DNA of 64,000 nucleotides from assembly GCA_031549455.1 (NCBI GenBank), contig JAVBPT010000028.1:3850-67849 (forward strand), in the 5' to 3' direction. The notes under the pieces were generated by a model, which saw only the letters and a program-made list of their open reading frames with translations, ran no database searches and was not told where the DNA came from. Below, piece by piece: positions 57,298 through 64,000 of this stretch. The position numbers were made by a program, and so were the translations under genes. The DNA comes from Eubacteriales bacterium (GTDB lineage Bacteria > Bacillota > Clostridia > Lachnospirales > JAKSVV01). Every line of letters starts with the position of its first letter. The stretch's first letter is position 1.

Positions 57298-57326
57298 ATT
57301 TTATACCTTTTTTTTGGTTCTGTCAA
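57298..57326 (-). promoter_or_regulatory. Sigma-A-type promoter for trxA
   Basis: Minus strand: TTGACA (57326-57321), 17-nt spacer, TAAAAT (57303-57298). Confidence 0.55.
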
Positions 57327-57421
57327 GGATTTATGCTAAGGACAAAATCACATTATGTATAATATTTTTTTGAATACTGCATATTAATATTTAGGGATAC
57401 AAATTATACGAAGGAGACCAT

Positions 57422-58063
57422 ATGCAAAATAATAGGGTCACTCTATCTGGTTTAATTCAATCACAGGTAGAAATAAGCCATACAATAAAAGAAGAAACTT
57501 TCTTAAACCTAATCATTAACGTCAAGAGAACGAGCGGTACATATGATAAGCTACCCATTATTGTGAGTGAAAAAAACTTTCTGGAAACTATTTCAATTTT
57601 AAAAGTAAATAGTGTTGAAGAATTCAACCATATATTATTAGAAGAAAAAAGACAATTTTGTCTCAGTGTGCAGGGTGAATTTAGAACACATAACCGAATA
57701 GAAAACGGAAAAAATACCTTGCTCATTTTTATCTTTGCAAAAGAAATTACTTTTGAAACCATTGAGCTATTTGAAAATACCATTTATCTAGATGGCCATC
57801 TTTGTAAAGAGCCTATCTTTAGAATGACACCATCCGAAAGAAAGGTTTGCGATCTTATTATCGCCGTCAATCGAAACTTTAAAAAATCCGATTATATACC
57901 CGCAATTGCGTGGAATGATAATGCGCTTATTTTGAGTGAATATAAAGTGGGAATGAAGCTAAAAATAGAAGGAAGATTTCAAAGCAGAATTTATAAAAAA
58001 GTCATTCATAATATAAGTGTCGAAAAAACGGCATATGAGGTTTCGATTAATAAAATTTTATAG
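57422..58063 (+). CDS. Tandem-OB-fold SSB-like protein lacking the acidic C-terminal tip
   Basis: Two SSB-like repeats: NRVTLSGLIQ...VQGEFRTHNR and NTIYLDGHLCKEPIFRMTPSERKVCDLIIAVNRN...KIEGRFQSRIYKK. It ends ...EVSINKIL with no DDDIPF-type tail. AAGGAGA SD. Confidence 0.65.
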   Translation: MQNNRVTLSGLIQSQVEISHTIKEETFLNLIINVKRTSGTYDKLPIIVSEKNFLETISILKVNSVEEFNHILLEEKRQFCLSVQGEFRTHNRIENGKNTLLIFIFAKEITFETIELFENTIYLDGHLCKEPIFRMTPSERKVCDLIIAVNRNFKKSDYIPAIAWNDNALILSEYKVGMKLKIEGRFQSRIYKKVIHNISVEKTAYEVSINKIL

Positions 58064-58103
58064 GAATAAAATAAGCCTTCACCTAAGTGTTGGCCTATAA
58101 AAA

Positions 58104-58391
58104 CTATTTCTTTTTTGCAACTGGTTTTTTTGCTACTGTTTTTTTTGCAACTGGTTTCTTTGCTACTGCTTTTTTTGCAACTGGTTTCTTTGCTACAGTT
58201 TTCTTTGCAACTGGTTTCTTTGCCACTACTTTTTTTGCTGTTGTTGCTTTTTTAACTGCTGGTTTCTTTGCTACTACTTTTTTTGCTGCAGGTTTAGCTA
58301 CTGCTTTTTTTACTGTTGTTGCTTTTTTAGCAACTGGTTTCTTTGCTGCTGGTGTAGCTGCAGTACCAATTGGTCTTTTAACAACTGCCAT
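58104..58391 (-). CDS. Lys/Ala-rich histone-H1-like repetitive DNA-binding protein
   Basis: MAVVKRPIGTAATPAAKKPVAKKATTVKKAVAKPAAKK... with 10-aa (T/A)VAKKPVAKK repeats. AAGGAG SD and its own sigma-A promoter. The opposite-strand F-rich ORF has no SD. Confidence 0.7.
   Translation of the reverse strand: MAVVKRPIGTAATPAAKKPVAKKATTVKKAVAKPAAKKVVAKKPAVKKATTAKKVVAKKPVAKKTVAKKPVAKKAVAKKPVAKKTVAKKPVAKKK
58111..58230. repeat. 30-bp tandem repeat x4 (in phase, near-identical), degenerating further to about 58350
   Basis: Units at 58111-58140, 58141-58170, 58171-58200 and 58201-58230: TTTTTTGCAACTGGTTT(T/C)TTTGCTAC(T/A)G(T/C)T, differing at 1-4 positions. They encode the AKKPVAKK repeats. Confidence 0.85.
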
Positions 58392-58463
58392 TAATATCAG
58401 CTCCTTTTCTTTTTTTTAGGTAGTCATTTTTATTATTTTTTTTTGCTCTCTACCTTTATCTAA

Positions 58464-58491
58464 AGTATAATATATAACTTTTCAATGTCAA
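58464..58491 (-). promoter_or_regulatory. Sigma-A-type promoter for the H1-like gene
   Basis: Minus strand: TTGACA (58491-58486), 16-nt spacer, TATACT (58469-58464). Confidence 0.6.
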
Positions 58492-58703
58492 TAATATTTT
58501 TGTCATTTTTTAAAATAATTTGCGTTTTTTTTGAGGATTTTTATAGCCAAATTTAAATATAAATTCCACCTCAAAATAAACATTTGATTTTTGGCTTAAA
58601 TGCAGGATTTTTTAGATATGTTTTTTTATATTCCAAAAAAATATTCCAAGGCATTTTTTGCTTTTAAAATTTTCTTTTAAACAATTTTCTTTTTTTCATG
58701 AAG

Positions 58704-58732
58704 TTGATTTTTTATTAAAACTTTGTTATCAT
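58704..58732 (+). promoter_or_regulatory. Sigma-A-type promoter for nfo
   Basis: Plus strand: TTGATT (58704-58709), 17-nt spacer, TATCAT (58727-58732). Confidence 0.55.
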
Positions 58733-58762
58733 TAATTTATTAACCAAAGAAGGAATTTAAAA

Positions 58763-59599
58763 ATGAAAATTGGATCTGTTGTTTCTATTAAAGATGGGCT
58801 AATTGGAGCAGCGAATGAAGCACTCTCATATGGGGCAAACACGTTTATGACTTATACAGGCGCTCCACAAAATACAGTGCGAAAAAAGCTGTCTGAACTC
58901 AAAATCTCAGAAGGATTAGAATTTATTTCAAAACATCAAATTTCAGACTATATTATTCATGCACCCTACATTGTTAATCTTGCAACTTTTAAAGATGACT
59001 TATTTCATATGACGATTCGCTTTCTGCGACAAGAGGTTGAACGAACCATTGCAATGGGAGCCAAGTTTTTTGTTATCCATCCCGGAGCATATACAGAAAA
59101 AGATTTGAACTATGGAATTGCCAGAATTGCAGAAGGCTTAAATAAAATTATCGATCCGAATGATCCTATTTTTTATTGTATGGAAACGATGTCCGGCAAA
59201 GGAACCGAGGTTGGCAAAAAGTTTGTAGAACTTGCCCGTATTATTGATCAAGTAAAGCTAAATGAAAAAGTCGCGGTCTGCTTTGACACCTGCCATACGC
59301 ATGACTCAGGATACGATATTGTAAATCAATTCGATGAAGTATTGCATGAATTTGATTCTGAAGTTGGAATGGAGAAACTGAAAGTGATTCATATCAATGG
59401 CTCCAAAAATTTCATGGGTGCTCATAAAGATCGGCATGCCAATATCGGCGCCCCTGATGATCACATCGGTCTAAAAGCTATTCGTTATATTGCTCATCAT
59501 AAACTTACTCAAGACATTCCACTTATTTTAGAAACACCCGCAGTAGATGGAGTGACAATTTATAAAGAAGAAATAGAGGCCATTAAAAATGAGAAATGA
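58763..59599 (+). CDS. nfo: Endonuclease IV (deoxyribonuclease IV)
   Basis: N-terminus KIGSVVS...GANTFMTYTGAPQNT, typical of Nfo, and a TIM-barrel xylose-isomerase-like fold; 278 aa. Confidence 0.88.
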   Translation: MKIGSVVSIKDGLIGAANEALSYGANTFMTYTGAPQNTVRKKLSELKISEGLEFISKHQISDYIIHAPYIVNLATFKDDLFHMTIRFLRQEVERTIAMGAKFFVIHPGAYTEKDLNYGIARIAEGLNKIIDPNDPIFYCMETMSGKGTEVGKKFVELARIIDQVKLNEKVAVCFDTCHTHDSGYDIVNQFDEVLHEFDSEVGMEKLKVIHINGSKNFMGAHKDRHANIGAPDDHIGLKAIRYIAHHKLTQDIPLILETPAVDGVTIYKEEIEAIKNEK

Positions 59600-60338
59600 G
59601 TTTAGCCAAAAAGTCGTCTTAATAACCGGAAGTTCTCGTGGAATCGGGAAGGCCATTGCGCTCGAGTTTGCAAAAAAAGGAGCGTATGTCGTTATAAATG
59701 GCATTCGAAATCAAGAAGCACTAGAAGAAACGTTAAGGGAATTAAAAAAGTATAGTGAGGAGTGTTCATCATTTCTGTGTGATGTAAGCCAAGCGGAAGG
59801 TGTAAAAAAACTAATGGACTTCGTTTTAAAGAAATATGGTAAAATTGATATCCTTGTAAATAACGCAGGTATTTCTTACTACAATTTATTAACAGATACC
59901 ACAATAGAAGATTGGAATAAGGTGATCCATACCAATCTGTCCTCCGCCTATCTCTGTTCAAAATATGCCCTTCAAAATATGGTTCAAAATAAAAATGGTG
60001 TAATCATTAATGTTTCTTCTATATGGGGGAATTACGGTTCTTCTTTTGAGGTGGCCTACTCTGCCAGCAAGGGAGGGGTAAATAGTTTCACCAAGGCGCT
60101 TGCAAAAGAGGCAGCTCCATCTAACATAAGAATTAATGCAATTGCGCCCGGTCTTACGAATACTGACATGGGTGGTGAAATGAATTCAGAAGAGATGATT
60201 GCTTTTTTAAAGGAACACAGCTTTATGGGACAGCTGATTGAACCAGAAGAGATTGCACATCTTGTTCTCTTTCTTTCTTCTGATCAAGCAAGTTATATCA
60301 CGGGACAGGTTGTGGAAATCTCCGGGGGATACATGTAA
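59589..60338 (+). CDS. Short-chain dehydrogenase/reductase (FabG-like 3-oxoacyl-ACP reductase family)
   Basis: Cofactor motif TGSSRGIG, NNAG, and catalytic YSASK. Confidence 0.8.
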   Translation: MRNEFSQKVVLITGSSRGIGKAIALEFAKKGAYVVINGIRNQEALEETLRELKKYSEECSSFLCDVSQAEGVKKLMDFVLKKYGKIDILVNNAGISYYNLLTDTTIEDWNKVIHTNLSSAYLCSKYALQNMVQNKNGVIINVSSIWGNYGSSFEVAYSASKGGVNSFTKALAKEAAPSNIRINAIAPGLTNTDMGGEMNSEEMIAFLKEHSFMGQLIEPEEIAHLVLFLSSDQASYITGQVVEISGGYM

Positions 60339-60406
60339 AATATTTTTAAAAAATGATTCCATTTTACAAATTAAATGATAGAATATAGAAAAATAAGGAG
60401 TTTGAT

Positions 60407-61039
60407 ATGCAAATACCCGTTATATTCCTGACAGTCGTCGTAATGGTAATCATCTATAATTTTTCTCTCAATTATTATCAAAATAAAATGAGAAAAAAAT
60501 TTGAAGAATATGTAGACAATGAAAATGTACAAAATATCGTTCCACGTGCTAAGTTGCAAGAAATTGAATATATTGTAATAAATGAATCGGATTTTTCCTT
60601 CTTAAAAAAAGAGGAGTTTGAAAGCAATCCCCATCTTCTAGAACATTGCAACCGTTTTTTCGAACTAATCGGCCTAACGATGGCCGACTTTCACGGTAAA
60701 ACAAACCATGAATTGAAACAAACCTATGGCGTCAATAATATGCGAGATGTCCTTGCCTATGATGAGAATTATACAACACTTACTTCCTATATTATAGAGT
60801 TTGCTACTATTTTATTAATGTATCATCATACAAAGGAAGCAATCTCTATTTTAGATCTTGGCGTAAGGATCAATACTACTATTAGTAAAAACTATATTCT
60901 TCTCGCAGAGTTATATCATAAAAATAAATTAAAAACCAATCTCTTTAATCTAATTGATACGATTAAAGCGAATAATGAAATTTCTCAAAAGAAAATTTTA
61001 GATGAGATTAATAAAATTATAGAAAGCAATAAGGAGTAA
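60407..61039 (+). CDS. Membrane-anchored hypothetical protein
   Basis: AAGGAG SD and an N-terminal TM helix (IPVIFLTVVVMVIIY), followed by a helical soluble domain. It ends 3 nt before the GT4 gene. Confidence 0.55.
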   Translation: MQIPVIFLTVVVMVIIYNFSLNYYQNKMRKKFEEYVDNENVQNIVPRAKLQEIEYIVINESDFSFLKKEEFESNPHLLEHCNRFFELIGLTMADFHGKTNHELKQTYGVNNMRDVLAYDENYTTLTSYIIEFATILLMYHHTKEAISILDLGVRINTTISKNYILLAELYHKNKLKTNLFNLIDTIKANNEISQKKILDEINKIIESNKE

Positions 61040-61042
61040 CTT

Positions 61043-62242
61043 ATGAATATTGGTATTTTCACTGATACTTATACACCGCACATTAACGGCGTAGTGGTTT
61101 CGATTAATATGCTTGTTAAAGAGTTAAGGGCCAAAGGACATAATGTCTATATCTTTTCTCCTAATATACCACAAAAAGCCGAAAATGCTGATTCTATAAA
61201 AACCGCTCATGAATTTGAATTTAAATTGCCCAGCATTCCACTTATCTTTTCAAAGGAATATCGGTTTGCCTTCTCATACTTTAGTAGACTGCATAAAAAA
61301 GCCAAGGATTTAGATCTTGATATTATCCACACACATACTGAATTTGCCCTGGGTTTCTCAGGAAAAAAGTTGGCTAAAAAATTTGGTATTCCACACGTTC
61401 ATACCTACCATACTATGTGGGAAAGCTATGCGCATTATATTACCAGAACCAAGAATGATAAAATTAATAAACCCGCGATAAGTGCCATTAAAAAGTTCAG
61501 CAACTATTTTTGCAATTCTGCAGATACCATTATCGCTCCAAGTGAGAAAACTAAGAAAGCACTGCTTTCTTATGGTATTAAGAAGAATATTAAGATTATA
61601 CCGACTGGTATTGACCTGGATCCCTTTAAGAAGTCGTTATCTTTTTATGAAATGATCAAGCTAAAGCAAGAATTAAATATTAAGTTAACCGATCGTGTGG
61701 TTGTTTTTGTTGGTAGAATTGCAAAAGAAAAAAGCATTGATGTAATTATTGATGAATTCTCAAAAGTGATTAAGAAAATATCCAATGTAAAACTTTTAAT
61801 TGTGGGAGATGGTCCCGAGAGGTCTTCCCTAGAAGAGTATGTCAAAGACTTGGGTTTAGAAAGTCATATTGTCTTTGCCGGCAGAAAGCCGTGGGAAATG
61901 ATTCCGAAATTTTATAAAATTGGAGAACTATTTATCAATGCTTCTACGACCGAAACGCAAGGACTTACTTTCATCGAGGCAATGGCAGCCGGCATACCGG
62001 TTGTTGCTCGATATGATGATAATTTAATCTCAATTATAAAAAATGATTTTAGCGGAAAGCTCTTCTATAGGAATGAAGAATTGGCAGAAAACATACTGGA
62101 ACTCCTTGAAAACAAAAAATTACGGCAAACCATTATTGGCAATGCACAAATCATTGCAGAAGAATACTCATCTATCAAATATGCCGAAAAGGTAGAGTTT
62201 TTATATAATAGTCTAATTCCAAAAGATTTCCTAATCCAATAA
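61043..62242 (+). CDS. GT4-family glycosyltransferase (resembles glucosyl-diacylglycerol / glycolipid synthases)
   Basis: N-terminus MNIGIFTDTYTPHINGVVVSI and the C-terminal E-x7-E region ETQGLTFIEAMAAGIPVV. Confidence 0.78.
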   Translation: MNIGIFTDTYTPHINGVVVSINMLVKELRAKGHNVYIFSPNIPQKAENADSIKTAHEFEFKLPSIPLIFSKEYRFAFSYFSRLHKKAKDLDLDIIHTHTEFALGFSGKKLAKKFGIPHVHTYHTMWESYAHYITRTKNDKINKPAISAIKKFSNYFCNSADTIIAPSEKTKKALLSYGIKKNIKIIPTGIDLDPFKKSLSFYEMIKLKQELNIKLTDRVVVFVGRIAKEKSIDVIIDEFSKVIKKISNVKLLIVGDGPERSSLEEYVKDLGLESHIVFAGRKPWEMIPKFYKIGELFINASTTETQGLTFIEAMAAGIPVVARYDDNLISIIKNDFSGKLFYRNEELAENILELLENKKLRQTIIGNAQIIAEEYSSIKYAEKVEFLYNSLIPKDFLIQ

Positions 62243-62250
62243 AATGGATA

Positions 62251-62556
62251 TCAATTAATGATACCCATTTTTTCATGCAAATATTTTCTAAGCACTGCTT
62301 TAAATTCATCCATTTGATCATCTTTCTCTAAGAGTTTAATATCTAGTAAAGCTTTGTCAAAGCATCTAATGGTCTCATTATCTAACTTGATAAAGGTCTG
62401 TCCAAGTGTATCATTGATGATGATCTCTCTTACTTCCTTTTTGACGGCCTCAATCTCCTCCTTAAAGAATTCAACAAGCTCAAGCATCTCTTTCTCTTGT
62501 ATGGTTCCGGTAAAGTATTTTTCCTTTAACTGGTTACATCGTTCTATCTTTTTCAT
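62251..62556 (-). CDS. Small hypothetical helical protein
   Basis: ORF track. ATG 62556 with a GGAG SD is preferred over the upstream GTG. No motif recognised. Confidence 0.5.
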   Translation of the reverse strand: MKKIERCNQLKEKYFTGTIQEKEMLELVEFFKEEIEAVKKEVREIIINDTLGQTFIKLDNETIRCFDKALLDIKLLEKDDQMDEFKAVLRKYLHEKMGIIN

Positions 62557-62718
62557 CTTCACTCCACTATGTGTATAGTTTAACCCTATTTTTTAAAAAA
62601 TCAAATGTCAAATTTAGGGGTTTTCGGGGTCTTTTCTTTGCTTTTCTTCATTTTTCTCCATTTTTCTCTTATTTACGTAAATTATCAAAATTTTAAATTA
62701 TTTTACTAATAAAACGAA

Positions 62719-62758
62719 TTTACTTTGTCGGTATAACCTGATATACTATAGACAAAGT
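62719..62758 (+). promoter_or_regulatory. Promoter of the XRE gene, bracketed by an 8-bp inverted repeat (putative operator)
   Basis: TTTACT (62719-62724), 17-nt spacer, TATACT (62742-62747). The inverted repeat is ACTTTGTC (62722-62729) with GACAAAGT (62751-62758). Confidence 0.5.
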
Positions 62759-62775
62759 TAAAAATGGAGATAAAA

Positions 62776-63171
62776 ATGAGTTTGGGGAAAAGAATAAAAA
62801 CCTTAAGACTAATGAACAATTATACTCTGCAACAACTGGCAGATAAAGTAGAACTTTCAATTTCATATTTAAGTGATGTGGAAAACGGACGTTGCAACCC
62901 TTCTCTTTCAAGACTAAAAGACATATCTTCGGGTCTAAACACAAGTGTGAGTTACCTATTGGGGGAAGAGGTTAGGGAAACCTCCAGCGATTACAGTAAA
63001 AAGGAATATGACCAAATTAATGAATTCGTTTCCCTACTAAAAGACCCTTATATAAAATCCATTTATCCTTATATTAAAAAAGTAAAAAATTGGAAAATAA
63101 AAGATAAGCGAGAACTTGAGACCTACCTTCGCATTAAAACCATGTGCATCGAGGATGCCGAGCAGAAATGA
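62776..63171 (+). CDS. XRE-family helix-turn-helix transcriptional regulator
   Basis: HTH_3 pattern LGKRIKTLRLMNNYTLQQLADKVELSISYLSDVENGRCNPSLSRL. Start at ATG 62776 (GGAGA SD) rather than 62764. Confidence 0.82.
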   Translation: MSLGKRIKTLRLMNNYTLQQLADKVELSISYLSDVENGRCNPSLSRLKDISSGLNTSVSYLLGEEVRETSSDYSKKEYDQINEFVSLLKDPYIKSIYPYIKKVKNWKIKDKRELETYLRIKTMCIEDAEQK

Positions 63172-63173
63172 TT

Positions 63174-63656
63174 TCATTTATGATAACTTTCATTCGATAG
63201 AATCTTAAATGATCTAAATAATTGTTCTAGTAAGATCACTCTCATAAGCTGATGCGGAAACGTCATCTTAGAAAAGCTTAGTGAGAGTTTTTTATATGGA
63301 TTTATAGGATCCCCTATTCCAAGCGAACCGCCTATTATAAAATTTAAATACTTTATATTCTCTTCCTTTAGAATCTCCGAAAACTTAACTGAGCTCATTG
63401 CGGTTCCTTTGACATCCAAAATGACATTGTATACCCCGCCTTTATTCTTGAATTCCTTTGTAAGATAGTCGACTATACTTCTTGTCTCATTTTCAATAAT
63501 AAGCTTCTTGTCCTTTTCTTCATTATTCGTTTTGTATTCTTTCAATTCAATAATCTCTATATCTGAAAAACGGCTACATCGTTTTAGGTACTCTGAAACC
63601 GCTTTTTTATAAAACTCTTCTCTTACGCTTCCTATACATACTATTTTTATTTTCAT
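63174..63656 (-). CDS. rlmH: 23S rRNA (pseudouridine1915-N3)-methyltransferase RlmH
   Basis: SPOUT-family length and pattern (MKIKIVCIGS...IGGSLG...SFSKMTFPHQLMRVILLEQLFR); 160 aa. Confidence 0.88.
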   Translation of the reverse strand: MKIKIVCIGSVREEFYKKAVSEYLKRCSRFSDIEIIELKEYKTNNEEKDKKLIIENETRSIVDYLTKEFKNKGGVYNVILDVKGTAMSSVKFSEILKEENIKYLNFIIGGSLGIGDPINPYKKLSLSFSKMTFPHQLMRVILLEQLFRSFKILSNESYHK

Positions 63657-63663
63657 CTCTGAA

Positions 63664-64000
63664 TTAGTCTTCTTCCCTTATCCTCTTTATGTCCGCTCCA
63701 AGCTGTTTTAGTTTCATCTCCATATCTTCATAACCCCTATCCACATGTTCCACACCCGATACAATGGTATAACCCTCGGCAATTAACCCTGCAATAATCA
63801 ATGCTGCCCCTCCTCTGAGATCCGGAGCCGTCACCCTTGCACCTGTAATTTTGTCCACGCCTCTTATAATGGCTATTCTGCCATCAACACTAACATCACT
63901 ACCCATCTTATTTAGTTCGTCTAAATACTTAAACCGATTTTCCCAGATGTTTTCAATAATCATACTGGTACCATTTGCTACAGTTAGCATGGTTCCTATT
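63664..64000 (-). CDS. murA: UDP-N-acetylglucosamine 1-carboxyvinyltransferase, C-terminal part (5' end beyond the window)
   Basis: C-terminal MurA pattern APDLRGGAALIIAGLIAEGYTIVSGVEHVDRGYE. The frame stays open upstream of the track's internal Met through to position 64000. Confidence 0.88.
   Translation of the reverse strand, partial: IGTMLTVANGTSMIIENIWENRFKYLDELNKMGSDVSVDGRIAIIRGVDKITGARVTAPDLRGGAALIIAGLIAEGYTIVSGVEHVDRGYEDMEMKLKQLGADIKRIREED

Noticed and set aside
58087-58419. Plus-strand 110-aa F/A/T-rich ORF (FFATGFFAT repeats)
   Set aside because: It is the mirror frame of the Lys/Ala-rich gene. It has a GTG start with no SD and no promoter, whereas the minus-strand gene has an AAGGAG SD and a TTGACA-16-TATACT promoter.
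62605-62709. 34-codon hydrophobic ORF (MSNLGVFGVFSLLFFIFLHFSLIYVNYQNFKLFY) resembling a type I toxin
   Set aside because: No Shine-Dalgarno sequence, no convincing promoter and no obvious antisense RNA partner. The T-rich spacer gives hydrophobic codons by composition alone. It is mentioned only as context in the XRE finding.

Overview
AT-rich chromosomal window from a spore-forming, flagellated Firmicute (Clostridia-like; spoIIE, spoIIR, yabP/yabQ, fliA/cheC/cheD, fliD/fliS/flaG and a four-subunit 2-oxoacid:ferredoxin oxidoreductase are all present). Most genes lie on the minus strand in long, tightly packed co-directional strings, so the minus strand is probably the leading strand here. Most of the content is core housekeeping: murB, glyA, galE, aspS, hisS, asnS, dnaE, htpG, glgA, trxA, nfo, rlmH, murA and four tRNA loci. 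I found no CRISPR array, IS element, integrase, rRNA or recognisable defence gene.

Function calls rest on motifs I recognised in the supplied translations, and on my own reading of intergenic DNA for promoters, terminators, tRNA cloverleaves and a T-box. No database search was run. Several ORF-track starts use the longest possible ORF, including TTG/GTG codons, and I shortened them where a Shine-Dalgarno (SD) sequence or promoter argues for a later start.

The regions most worth follow-up:
1. The left edge (1-4990): a T-arm-defective tRNA-Thr-like gene abuts an orphan solute-binding lipoprotein, a membrane-embedded Cache-LuxR one-component regulator and two zinc-ribbon proteins.
2. An operon joining an FGE/SUMF1-domain surface protein, a polytopic membrane protein and GdpP, next to an ECF sigma module with an ECF-type promoter.
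3. An uncharacterised acidic protein translationally coupled to htpG.
4. An orphan near-consensus promoter plus terminator, defining a roughly 56-nt C/A-rich candidate sRNA at 50965-51020.
5. A tandem-OB SSB-like protein lying convergent to a Lys/Ala-rich histone-H1-like protein built from 30-bp tandem repeats.

None of these is proven novel. Each needs a homology search and transcript data.
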